DNA of 64,000 nt from Candidatus Omnitrophota bacterium (GCA_030632085.1 DAOVJY010000002.1:248319-312318), one strand, 5' to 3'. Positions 1 to 8,682 are shown, numbered from the stretch's first letter. Program-made: numbers and translations. Notes: generated by a model not told the origin, from the letters alone.

Positions 1-59
1 CCCGGATTCCTCCGATTTCTTATTACTTTCCTATGATTTCCGTAACAAATTTATTTTAA

Positions 60-88
60 TTGACAAGGGATGAGTGAAGTGGTATATT
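60..88 (+). promoter_or_regulatory. sigma70-type promoter of abiE operon
   Basis: TTGACA-17bp-TATATT with TG upstream of the -10; implies the true start is ATG 141. Confidence 0.7.
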
Positions 89-140
89 GTATCCATTCAT
101 AGTAATTCCATTTGAACTGGAAATAAAAGGAAATAAAACA

Positions 141-932
141 ATGAACGCAAAGGGCTATTCTGAGCTTTCAAAAGACGCGGTGTATTTGCTGTCCCGATCA
201 GAATTTGAGAAGCAGAAGGTGATTACGACTAAATACGCGGTTAAAGTGTTGGGGAGCTACCGAAAAGCGGCCAGCATGCTTGGCGCGCTTGCTAAAAGAA
301 ACCGGCTTATCCAGCTAAGAAGAGGCCGGTATCTATTAGTGCCTTTAAGGGCCCCTAATCAGCTTTGGATGCCGAATGAGTACGTTGTCGCAGCCTTATG
401 GATGGATGAAGTCCCTTATTATATTGGGTATGTTTCGATGTATAACTACTGGGGATTTACGGAGCAAATTCCACAATCGGTTACTGTCTTAAACACAATG
501 AAAGAATGGAAACGAAACATCAAAAATATTAAGTATACAGCTGTTAAAATATCTCCTCGAAAAATGTACGGGATAAAAAAAATAAGAATTGATGAAGAAG
601 ACATCTGTATTAGTGACAAAGAACGCACACTTGTAGATTTTATATTTAAACCAATGGGGTCATGGGAGAATGTTCAGGCGGTTATTAACGGGCAAATCGG
701 TAAGATAGATATTCAAAAATTTATCCGCTATTTAATAAAATTCCCTGTAGCGGCAGTTCGTAAACGGGCGGGGCTTATGCTTGAGAGGGCCGGTGTGCCC
801 CAAAAAGACTTAGCTGAACTGAAAAAATCTATCGGCGCAAAAAACACATATATTAATTTTAATCCGTTTGTTAAGTCCCGAAAAGGGAAAGTGAATCAAT
901 GTTGGAAGGTTATCATCAATGGACAAGAATAA
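141..932 (+). CDS. abiEi: Type IV TA antitoxin, AbiEi family transcriptional regulator
   Basis: N-terminal wHTH (LIQLRRGRYL), YIGYVSMYNYWGFTEQIP and SDKERTLVD motifs; overlaps downstream nucleotidyltransferase. ORF track starts at 87. Confidence 0.85.
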   Translation: MNAKGYSELSKDAVYLLSRSEFEKQKVITTKYAVKVLGSYRKAASMLGALAKRNRLIQLRRGRYLLVPLRAPNQLWMPNEYVVAALWMDEVPYYIGYVSMYNYWGFTEQIPQSVTVLNTMKEWKRNIKNIKYTAVKISPRKMYGIKKIRIDEEDICISDKERTLVDFIFKPMGSWENVQAVINGQIGKIDIQKFIRYLIKFPVAAVRKRAGLMLERAGVPQKDLAELKKSIGAKNTYINFNPFVKSRKGKVNQCWKVIINGQE

Positions 933-1782
933 ACTAAAGGATATTATCAATTTTATAGCTGATAAGCAGGGATTTCGCCCCGCGATTATAGAGAAGGATT
1001 ATCATTTGACCAGAATCCTTAACGCGGTTAATGAACATTTAAGCCGTGATATAATTTTTAAGGGCGGGACATTATTAAATAAAGCTTATTTGGATTATCA
1101 TCGATTAAGCGAAGATCTGGATTTTTCATATAGAAGCGATGCTGATGTTTCCGCGCGCGCCAAGAGATCATATGCCATAACATCAATCAGAAAGAAGATG
1201 CCTTCTTTTTTATCTTTTTTAGGGCTTACGAGTGAAAATCCCCAAGGGGAGGGATTTAATAATTCAACGCAGTATCTTTTCACTCTTCAATTTCAGTCAA
1301 TTATTATGAATCGTGAGGAGGGTATAAAGTTTGAAATATCATTGCGCCAGCCTTCTTTTTTGCCTCCTGTAACCGTACGGGTTAAACATTTTTATCAAGA
1401 CCCGTTCAGCGGAGAGGATTTGTTTCCACAGGGAAGTGTATTAGCGCTGTCGCTGGAAGAAGCCGTGGCGGAAAAACTGAAAGCCTCCATATCCCGCTTG
1501 ACACCCGCGATTAGAGATTATTACGATTTGGGGCATTTTATTAAAATAGGATTTGATTTCGCGCGGCCGGATTTACTAAAATTGGTTAATAAAAAATTGA
1601 AACTTGATGGATACAAAGGAGATTATTCTCATAATTTAGGCTTGTCCGACCAGGCAATTGAGGAACTAAAAAGAATCAGCGAAAGCGATCTTACGCCAAT
1701 GATCAGAGCTGATGAAAAGTTCGATTTAGATACGGTTTTAGTACATTTTAATAAGCTATTTGACAGGAATAAGGTGGAATAA
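919..1782 (+). CDS. abiEii: Type IV TA toxin, AbiEii nucleotidyltransferase
   Basis: IEKDY, FKGGTLL, RLSEDLDF, EKLKA, RDYYDL motifs. Confidence 0.9.
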   Translation: MDKNKLKDIINFIADKQGFRPAIIEKDYHLTRILNAVNEHLSRDIIFKGGTLLNKAYLDYHRLSEDLDFSYRSDADVSARAKRSYAITSIRKKMPSFLSFLGLTSENPQGEGFNNSTQYLFTLQFQSIIMNREEGIKFEISLRQPSFLPPVTVRVKHFYQDPFSGEDLFPQGSVLALSLEEAVAEKLKASISRLTPAIRDYYDLGHFIKIGFDFARPDLLKLVNKKLKLDGYKGDYSHNLGLSDQAIEELKRISESDLTPMIRADEKFDLDTVLVHFNKLFDRNKVE

Positions 1783-1882
1783 AATTTGTATTAATTGTGG
1801 GATGATTTTTTGGATGCGTAGCAATAGAGGGTTGAAGCAGTGACATTGCGCAAGTTCAAAAATTAAAATTATGGGGGAAGTG

Positions 1883-1918
1883 GGAAGAAAGAGAAATAGG
1901 TATCGTATGTCCCGATTT
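1883..1918 (+). repeat. Degenerate junction repeat (RAYT-like tail plus TGTCCC end)
   Basis: GGAAGAAAGAGAAATA identical to 14882-14897, followed by GGTATCGTATGTCCCG, a variant of AGTATTGTGTCCC. Confidence 0.55.
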
Positions 1919-1951
1919 TCCATATTTATGTTGTAGTTTATAATAAAATAT

Positions 1952-1980
1952 TTGACAAATGATACTACTGGTAGTAACAT
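1952..1980 (+). promoter_or_regulatory. sigma70-type promoter of methyltransferase operon
   Basis: TTGACA-17bp-TAACAT. Confidence 0.55.
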
Positions 1981-2066
1981 ATAAGAGATAACTAAAACAA
2001 AGTGGTGCGTTCGAAGGGGGAACCTCCACGATAAAATAAGTAAAACCTTCGGAAGCGGAGGTTTTT

Positions 2067-2975
2067 ATGCGTATAGAGCATGCAGAGGCGGCAATGAAAG
2101 ACGTTAAAATTAAACCATATTTTAAAGATAACGGATTTGAGCTCTATCTAGATGATTGCAGAGATTTCCTAAACAACCTACCAAAAGAATCAGTAGATAT
2201 GATATTTGCTGATCCACCTTATAATCTTTCAAACGGTGGATTTACATGCCACGCCGGTAAGATGGTATCTGTTAACAAGGGTAAGTGGGACCAGAGCAAA
2301 GGCCTTGATGAAGATTTAAAATTTCATGTTGAATGGATAGAGGCGTGCAGAAGAGTGCTTAAGCCTGGTGGCACTATTTGGATTAGCGGGACATATCATT
2401 CAATTTACCGTTGTGGCTATGCTCTTGAACTTACGGGTTATCATATTCTTAATGATATCTCATGGTTTAAACCTAATGCATCCCCAAATCTAAGCTGTCG
2501 TTTTTTCACAGCGAGCCATGAAACTCTTATATGGGCAAGGAAAGAGAAGAAAGCTAAGCATACCTTTAACTATAAGCAGATGGTAGACTGGGAAAAAAAT
2601 TACAAAAAAACCTTTAAGTGTGATAAAACAAATACATACCATGAGTGTGAAATCTTGCATGAAAAAGGTAAGCAGATGCGCTCAGTATGGGCTATTAATA
2701 CTCCAAGGCCAGTTGAGAAGCACTTCGGAAAACACCCTACCCAAAAACCTGAAGAACTCTTGAGAAGAATAGTTGTGGCAAGTACAAATAAGGGGGATTT
2801 AATTATAGACCCATTCACAGGAAGCTCTACAACAGGCCTTATAGCAAATCTTTATGGCAGAAAGTTTATAGGCATAGATAATGAAAAAGCCTATCTTGAT
2901 TTATCAGCTAAAAGATATAATGAGTTAAAAATGAACACGAAGAAAAAACAAGCAAGACAAATGGTGCACGCATGA
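2067..2975 (+). CDS. N6-adenine/N4-cytosine DNA methyltransferase, beta class (DpnA/M2.DpnII-like)
   Basis: DPPY motif IV, HPTQKP, DPFTGSSTT motif I; NLSNGGFTCHAGKMVSVNKGKWD resembles DpnA-type enzymes. Confidence 0.9.
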   Translation: MRIEHAEAAMKDVKIKPYFKDNGFELYLDDCRDFLNNLPKESVDMIFADPPYNLSNGGFTCHAGKMVSVNKGKWDQSKGLDEDLKFHVEWIEACRRVLKPGGTIWISGTYHSIYRCGYALELTGYHILNDISWFKPNASPNLSCRFFTASHETLIWARKEKKAKHTFNYKQMVDWEKNYKKTFKCDKTNTYHECEILHEKGKQMRSVWAINTPRPVEKHFGKHPTQKPEELLRRIVVASTNKGDLIIDPFTGSSTTGLIANLYGRKFIGIDNEKAYLDLSAKRYNELKMNTKKKQARQMVHA

Positions 2976-3496
2976 AAGAAGGAGGGGTGGGAGGCAGCAA
3001 AACAAAAACTGGTCTCCACTTTGAATCTCGAGTAAGCCTTGAAAAAGTAATCTCCGCACTTCCGGGCTATACCATATCAGATGATAGGGTATTTTTTCAA
3101 GGTGTAAAAGTTGCTGAACTTTATCAAAAGCACAAATTATACAAAAATCTTCTTAAACCCAATCACATAGATTACTCAGTAATTATTTCTAAAAAACTAC
3201 TCCCAGATGAAGCTATATTAATATTAAAAGATAAGACATTATACATAATAGAAATTAAATTTCAAAAGGTTTCAGGGTCTGTTGATGAGAAGCTTCAGAC
3301 CTGCGACTTTAAGTGCAGGGAATATAAAAAACTTCTTGCTCCATTAGGCATATCCGTTGAATATGTATATATATTAAATGATTGGTTTAATAAAAAAGAG
3401 TACAAAAATGTTCTTAATTATGTTAAATCAGTTGGATGTCATTATTTTTTTAATGAAGTGCCGCTAGAATTTCTAAACTTGCCAAAACCTGAATAG
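2972..3496 (+). CDS. PD-(D/E)xK nuclease, putative type II restriction endonuclease
   Basis: LLPDEA...IIEIKFQ...GSVDEK catalytic pattern; 4-bp overlap with the methyltransferase. Confidence 0.7.
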   Translation: MKEGGVGGSKTKTGLHFESRVSLEKVISALPGYTISDDRVFFQGVKVAELYQKHKLYKNLLKPNHIDYSVIISKKLLPDEAILILKDKTLYIIEIKFQKVSGSVDEKLQTCDFKCREYKKLLAPLGISVEYVYILNDWFNKKEYKNVLNYVKSVGCHYFFNEVPLEFLNLPKPE

Positions 3497-3676
3497 TTTA
3501 AAGGGGAACCTTGTATGGTATTGCACCCTTCATTCACCCTTGAAGTAAAACTGATTAAATTAAGTAAAAATCACGAGAAAAATCATAATAGCCTTAGAAG
3601 AATTGTGATTGATTCTTTTGTGAAAGAAAAGCTGGGCATGGCAATGGCGAAAATAGGTGATGATTTTATTTAAAAG

Positions 3677-3844
3677 TAATTAAGTATTGTGTCCCCGGAA
3701 CTATACAGCTTTTCTCGGAGGGATTGTATTCCAGTCCCAATAAAGCAGGAATTAAGGGGACGGTTCTATTTTAAAATAATTAAGTATTGTGTCCCCGGAA
3801 TTACGTAAAAAGAAATAAATGTGGAATGTGGAGACTTGACCCCC
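3677..3844 (+). repeat. Cluster of junction repeats
   Basis: Exact 24-bp direct repeat TAATTAAGTATTGTGTCCCCGGAA at 3677-3700 and 3777-3800; AAGGGGACGGTTCTATTTT at 3754-3772; ATGTGGAATGTGGAGACTTGACCCC from 3819. Confidence 0.85.
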
Positions 3845-3924
3845 ATTGTGCTCTATTTTACTGATTTGTGATTCATGATAAGAAATATGGAAAATTTTCT
3901 TTCTTTCCATCTTATAAGAAACAC

Positions 3925-3953
3925 TTGACAAATTGCATCATTTAATGTATAAG
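3925..3953 (+). promoter_or_regulatory. sigma70-type promoter of three-gene module
   Basis: TTGACA-17bp-TATAAG, TG before the -10; RBS GAGGTG before 3982. Confidence 0.65.
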
Positions 3954-3981
3954 AGAAAGAAGAAAGTGAGGTGTTCAAATA

Positions 3982-4872
3982 ATGGAAGATAAAGACCAGA
4001 TAAAAGGATTTTTTGTCGAAGATGAACAATCATTCAAAAAAGAACAAGTCTTATCTTTAATTAACAGATGTAAAAAATATGCCAAACTTGTAGGTAGAAA
4101 AGGGCTTGTTCATATTGAAAAGAAAAATTTAACAGGCACAGACCAAATAAAGCTTTTTTTAATAACACGGCATTTGGGTGCAGACTTGGCAAAGTTAGAG
4201 CCTAATTTAAAGATTCCTTCTGAGATTGCAGATGTGCATACTTCTGAAATGGCAAAATTGTTATCTGTCTCTAATGAAAATGCTAGGACTAGAGCATCTG
4301 ATTTAATTCGTGATGGATTTGGACGTAAACCAAAAAAAGGATACATACGAGTATATTCATATCAAATTAGTAAATTTTTAGATTTACTTGAAAAAGGTGA
4401 ACAAAAAAAGGAAAGAGCCGCCAATAAAAAAACTTCCATTAAAAAAAGAGGGGTAAGAAAAATAATTGAAAATCCGAAGCTCAATGTTGACCAAGCGTTT
4501 AAGCGATTGTCTATAAATTTAGATGGTATTTTAGAAAAAAAACTTAAAGATTGTATTTTTTTCCAAGAAGATGCAAGCTTTAAATTTAATAAGAATTTTA
4601 CGGGGAAATCAAAACATAGTAAACAGACTAGAGGAATTCTATGCGCAGCCTATGTAATGTCTATTGGTTTAGGTTTACAGAGTTTTTCTAGCCGACAGAT
4701 AAAGGATGTTTGTTTTAATAGTAACATTGATGTAATGGGCTTGAATTATGCAACACGAGAATTAAAGAAGAGTGGATATATTTCTAAAGCGAGTAAATAC
4801 TCGCAAGATAATATAATCCTAGAAAAAGGTAAAGATAAGGCAAAAGAGATATTTAATGAGTTATGTGAATGA
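3982..4872 (+). CDS. Hypothetical protein with two probable winged-helix domains
   Basis: Long ORF with RBS; HTH-like SEMAKLLSVSNENARTRASDL and C-terminal ELKKSGYI...ILEKGKDKA. Confidence 0.6.
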   Translation: MEDKDQIKGFFVEDEQSFKKEQVLSLINRCKKYAKLVGRKGLVHIEKKNLTGTDQIKLFLITRHLGADLAKLEPNLKIPSEIADVHTSEMAKLLSVSNENARTRASDLIRDGFGRKPKKGYIRVYSYQISKFLDLLEKGEQKKERAANKKTSIKKRGVRKIIENPKLNVDQAFKRLSINLDGILEKKLKDCIFFQEDASFKFNKNFTGKSKHSKQTRGILCAAYVMSIGLGLQSFSSRQIKDVCFNSNIDVMGLNYATRELKKSGYISKASKYSQDNIILEKGKDKAKEIFNELCE

Positions 4873-4954
4873 TTAAAATGAAATTATTGTAATTAAATTT
4901 ATCTAAGAGATTGATGGCATATATTTATTAAGACGATGTCCAAAAGGAGGAAAT

Positions 4955-5524
4955 GTGAAAAATATTACTGAAATCGATGTGATGAAAATTATTGATGACC
5001 ATTTTTCAAAAATACAAGATCGAGAGGCAAAGAATAGGATTCTTCGTTGGGCATGGGAGAAATTCTCAACTCAAGAGCTGCCCTTAGAAAGTGAAGAAAA
5101 AACCAAACAGAAAGATTCTAAAAAGAAAAAAGCACCTAAGAAAAATAATAAACAAAAGAAAAAAGTTAAATCTGGTCCTTGTTTAGTTAAAGATTTAAAC
5201 TTGAGGCCTTCAGGGGAAACAACTTTTAAGCAATTTGTACAAGACAAAAACCCTTCATCAAACCAAGAGAAATGCTTAGTAGCTGCTTATTATTTAAAGC
5301 AAAAACTAAAGAAAAAGACAGATGTCGATTCGATTTATACATGTTTTAAGGATGCGAAATGGCGAGTTCCATCTAATTTGGAAAATACACTTTGTGTTGT
5401 TGCCGTCCAAAAAGGTTGGCTTGATACAACTGACTCTAACGCCATAACAATACCAACCTTAGGTGAAAATTATATAGAACATGATTTGCCCAGAAAAGTA
5501 AAAGGAAAAAATAATCATGGTTAA
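4955..5524 (+). CDS. Hypothetical protein, Lys-rich linker and C-terminal wHTH-like domain
   Basis: RBS AGGAGG, GTG start; KGWLD...ITIPTLGENYIE wing motif. Confidence 0.6.
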   Translation: MKNITEIDVMKIIDDHFSKIQDREAKNRILRWAWEKFSTQELPLESEEKTKQKDSKKKKAPKKNNKQKKKVKSGPCLVKDLNLRPSGETTFKQFVQDKNPSSNQEKCLVAAYYLKQKLKKKTDVDSIYTCFKDAKWRVPSNLENTLCVVAVQKGWLDTTDSNAITIPTLGENYIEHDLPRKVKGKNNHG

Positions 5525-6296
5525 AAATGCTTTCAATTTAACAAATTTACTTGGCAGTATTCCAGTTACATTAAAAAATGAATTGGTAAAAACTTTTAAT
5601 GAAATTGCACGAAATTATCGAGAACAACGCTGGGAACCATCGGAGTTAAATGGAGGTAAATATTGTGAGGTTGTTTACACCATTTTAAAAGGGTATACTG
5701 AGGGAAAATTTCCTTCAAAAGCAAGCAAACCGAAGAATATGGTAGATGCTTGCAATAAATTTGAGCAAATTCCTTCATCATCATTTCCGAGGTCAGTAAG
5801 GATTCAAATTCCTAGAATAATCATTGCTCTTTATGAAATACGTAACAATAGAGGCGTGGGGCACGTTGGTGGCGATGTTGACCCAAATCATATGGATGCT
5901 ACAATTGTGCTTTATATGGTTAAATGGATTATGGCTGAGTTGATCCGTTTATTTCATAATGTTAACACTGATATTGCAACTGAAGCAGTAGAACGAATTA
6001 CAGATAGGACTTTGCCTATTTTATGGAAAGTTGGCGGAAAAATTCGTGTGCTTGATACTTCTATTAACATGACAGAAAAGACACTAGTTGTTTTATATTA
6101 TAATCGAGATTCAGTCGCCGAAAATTTATTGGTTGATTGGGTAGAATACACAAATCTTTCTGTATACTGTAGAGACATTTTGCGGAAAGCCCATAAAAAT
6201 AAATTAATTGAATATGATAAAGCAAATAAACAAGTCACAATATCTCCCAAAGGCATAAAATACGTAGAAGATAATATAAATTTGGAAAAATTTTGA
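5517..6296 (+). CDS. HEPN/Abi_C-like protein with C-terminal wHTH
   Basis: Helical N-domain with RNNRGVGH (Rx4-6H-like); C-terminal LIEYD...ISPKGIKYVE. Confidence 0.6.
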   Translation: MVKNAFNLTNLLGSIPVTLKNELVKTFNEIARNYREQRWEPSELNGGKYCEVVYTILKGYTEGKFPSKASKPKNMVDACNKFEQIPSSSFPRSVRIQIPRIIIALYEIRNNRGVGHVGGDVDPNHMDATIVLYMVKWIMAELIRLFHNVNTDIATEAVERITDRTLPILWKVGGKIRVLDTSINMTEKTLVVLYYNRDSVAENLLVDWVEYTNLSVYCRDILRKAHKNKLIEYDKANKQVTISPKGIKYVEDNINLEKF

Positions 6297-6417
6297 CCTT
6301 CATGGCCGATTTAAAATGTTATACATGATTATAGAAAAGGATTTGTTTCCTTTTATATTCTTAAAAAAAGTTCTAAATATACTTCCGGCATACTTCCGGG
6401 GACAGAACACTTAATTG

Positions 6418-6446
6418 TTGAAAAGGCGTCATTGTTCTGATAGAAT
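6418..6446 (+). promoter_or_regulatory. Internal promoter of mini-element (probably leaderless mRNA)
   Basis: TTGAAA-17bp-TAGAAT, ATG begins 7 nt after the -10; equivalent site in copy 2. Confidence 0.55.
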
Positions 6447-6452
6447 CTATGT

Positions 6453-6701
6453 ATGGCAAGGATAGCGAGAATAGTTATTCCCAATCACCCTCATCATATA
6501 ATCCATCGCGGTAATCGCCGGGAAAAAGTTTTCTTTAGTGAAGACGACAAACAGGCTTACCTTTGTTTATTAACTAATCAGGCCAAGAAATCGGGAATAG
6601 AATTTTCTTTAGGGGATGAGAGATTTATTAAGAAGATTGAAGGAATTACCGGAAAGATATTGCAAAAAAATAGGCCGGGACATATGCAGAAAGATAGTTA
6701 A
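6453..6701 (+). pseudogene. Internally deleted REP-associated tyrosine transposase (RAYT/Y1)
   Basis: N-terminal MARIARIV..PHHIIHRGNRREKVFF fused in frame to C-terminal LGDERFIKKIE..RPG; HUH and catalytic Tyr region absent. Confidence 0.85.
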
Positions 6702-6765
6702 GTGTTCTGTCCCCCGAAGTCTATTGACTCACTGGAAGATAATTTGATAGTGGAGGATTCGGAAA

Positions 6766-7410
6766 ATGAGTGAGACTATACCTAAAGATCCCAAGATTTA
6801 TCATATTGTACATCTTGATAGATTGGAGTCGATTATTTCTAAACAGTATTTGTTAAGTGATACAGATGGTCAGCAATACGATTTGGACGGTACTACTATA
6901 GGAATGTCGAAAATAAAAGAACGAAGAATGTATAATAATTTTATGAATTATCCAGATCTTTGCGTAGGTGCATGTGTTCCTTTTTATTTTTGTCCACGAT
7001 CGATTATGTTATACATATTTTACGAGAATAATCATCCGGAGATTACGTATCGAGGAGGGCAGGAACCTATTGTTCATTTGGTAGCGGATTTACGTAAAAC
7101 AGTTACGTGGGCGGAATCTTTGGGCAAGCGCTGGGTATTTACTGATTCGAATGCAGGGTCATCCTATTTTAACGATTTTGCAAAATTAAACCAACTTAAT
7201 CAAATTGACTGGAACGCGTTAAGAGCAACATCTTGGTCAGCGGTTAAAGAAAAGAAGCAAGCCGAGTTTTTGATCGAAGAATGCTTTCCTTGGGAATTGA
7301 TAGAATGTATCGGTGTATATTCAATAGTGCAGTACCAACAGGTTGCTCAAGCACTCCAATCAGCAACACATCGACCACCCGTGAAGGTGATGCGTACCTG
7401 GTATTATTAG
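6766..7410 (+). CDS. darT: DarT ssDNA ADP-ribosyltransferase toxin (DUF4433)
   Basis: IYHIVH, VPFYFCPRSIMLY, FTDSNAGS, KKQAEFLI, WYY motifs; upstream of macrodomain gene. Confidence 0.92.
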   Translation: MSETIPKDPKIYHIVHLDRLESIISKQYLLSDTDGQQYDLDGTTIGMSKIKERRMYNNFMNYPDLCVGACVPFYFCPRSIMLYIFYENNHPEITYRGGQEPIVHLVADLRKTVTWAESLGKRWVFTDSNAGSSYFNDFAKLNQLNQIDWNALRATSWSAVKEKKQAEFLIEECFPWELIECIGVYSIVQYQQVAQALQSATHRPPVKVMRTWYY

Positions 7411-7425
7411 AAGGAGGAATGAAAT

Positions 7426-8484
7426 ATGATTATATTTAAAACAGGTAATCTTTTGACCGAAGACGTAGAAGCAATTGTTAATACAGTTAATTGTGTTGGT
7501 ATTATGGGACGAGGAATTGCGCTTCAGTTCAAAAAAAGGTTCCCGGAAAATTTTAAAGTATACGCAGCAGCCTGTAAAAAAAAGGCGATTCTTCCCGGTA
7601 AAATGTTTGTTTATAAGACTGACTCACTTATAAATCCAAAGTATATAATCAGTTTCCCTACAAAGCGGCATTGGCGTGGAGCCAGCAGAATGGAAGATAT
7701 TGAGAATGGTTTGCAGGATTTGGTTAAAGTCATTAAAGATTTGAAGATTCAATCCATCGCCCTACCTCCGCTAGGGTGTGGGCTTGGGGGCCTTGATTGG
7801 AATACGGTACGCGTACGGATTGAATTTGTCCTGAATGAGTTGCGCGATGTCGATGTTGTTGTTTTTGAGCCAAAAGGGGCTCCGACTCCTGAAGAGATGG
7901 TAAAAAACAGGAAAGTACCTAAAATGACTCCTGGGCGCGCAGCATTGGTAGAACTGATGCATCGTTATTTTTTAGGGCTTCTTGATCCCTTTATAACGCT
8001 CCTGGAAGTACACAAATTGATGTATTTCCTTCAAGAAAGCGGAGAGAGCCTTCGTTTACAGTACGCAAAAGCACCATATGGTCCATATGCGAAAAATCTT
8101 CGCCATGTGCTCAATGCTATAGAAGGCCATCTCATTTTTGGTTACGCCGACGGAGAAGATAAGCCGGATAAGCAACTCAAGCTGGTGCCTGGTGCTTATG
8201 AAGATGCGACACGGTTTCTTAATGAGCACAAAGGAACTAAGGAACATTATGACAAAGTATCTGATCTTGTAGACGGATTTGAGACTCCTTTTGGTATGGA
8301 ATTATTATCAACAGTGCATTGGGTAATAACAAAAGAATCAGCACATTCTTTTAGTGAACTTATTACGAAGGTATATGATTGGAATAAGCGCAAGAAGCAG
8401 TTTTCTCAGCGACAGATTCAATTAGCCGTCAAGGTGTTAGAGCAAAAAAAATGGATTAATATTACGAATTGGAGTGAAGTTTAA
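7426..8484 (+). CDS. darG: DarG macrodomain antitoxin
   Basis: NTVNCVGIMGRGIALQF, FPTKRHWR, PPLGCGLGGLDW; C-terminal KLMYFLQ..YGPY..GMELLSTVHW. Confidence 0.92.
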   Translation: MIIFKTGNLLTEDVEAIVNTVNCVGIMGRGIALQFKKRFPENFKVYAAACKKKAILPGKMFVYKTDSLINPKYIISFPTKRHWRGASRMEDIENGLQDLVKVIKDLKIQSIALPPLGCGLGGLDWNTVRVRIEFVLNELRDVDVVVFEPKGAPTPEEMVKNRKVPKMTPGRAALVELMHRYFLGLLDPFITLLEVHKLMYFLQESGESLRLQYAKAPYGPYAKNLRHVLNAIEGHLIFGYADGEDKPDKQLKLVPGAYEDATRFLNEHKGTKEHYDKVSDLVDGFETPFGMELLSTVHWVITKESAHSFSELITKVYDWNKRKKQFSQRQIQLAVKVLEQKKWINITNWSEV

Positions 8485-8579
8485 TGAATTTTAGTGATAT
8501 AACTGAAAAAGGGCTTGAGACAATTATCGTCGAGTCCCTGATAAACGATGCCGTTTATGTTCAGGGCAATAGTGTTTAA
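8484..8579 (+). pseudogene. 5' stub of type I R-M restriction subunit (HsdR-like)
   Basis: MNFSDITEKGLETIIVESLINDAVYVQG coupled to the darG stop (TAATG); resembles HsdR N-termini; ends at a repeat. Confidence 0.6.
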
Positions 8580-8642
8580 TACTTCCGGGTGCTTCCGGGT
8601 GAGGAAAAGGGGACGGTTCTATTTTTTAAAAAAATTGGCAGG
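8580..8642 (+). repeat. Junction repeat
   Basis: TACTTCCGGGTGCTTCCGGG, then AAGGGGACGGTTCTATTTT (as 3754) and TTTTTTAAAAAAATTGGCAG (as 15613). Confidence 0.7.
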
Positions 8643-8682
8643 AAATGCCTTTTGTCCGATAGAAAAAAAGGAGAGTGGCATT

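Larger units (their letters stand above)
6392..6720 (+). mobile_element. Non-autonomous mini-element derived from RAYT-like HUH Y1 transposase, copy 1
   Basis: 23-bp terminal inverted repeats ACTTCCGGGGACAGAACACTTAA / TTAAGTGTTCTGTCCCCCGAAGT (1 mismatch) around an 82-aa internally deleted transposase ORF. Confidence 0.85.

Noticed and set aside
3514-3672. Short ORF of about 50 aa after the restriction nuclease
   Set aside because: No recognisable motif; cannot distinguish from chance
3677-3800. Exact 24-bp direct repeats as a CRISPR array
   Set aside because: Only two copies, 76 bp apart, and the intervening DNA holds another repeat; no cas1/cas2; the same motif forms element ends elsewhere
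8548-8682. N-terminal extension of the membrane protein ORF
   Set aside because: Crosses the hsdR stub and repeat DNA; good RBS at ATG 8683
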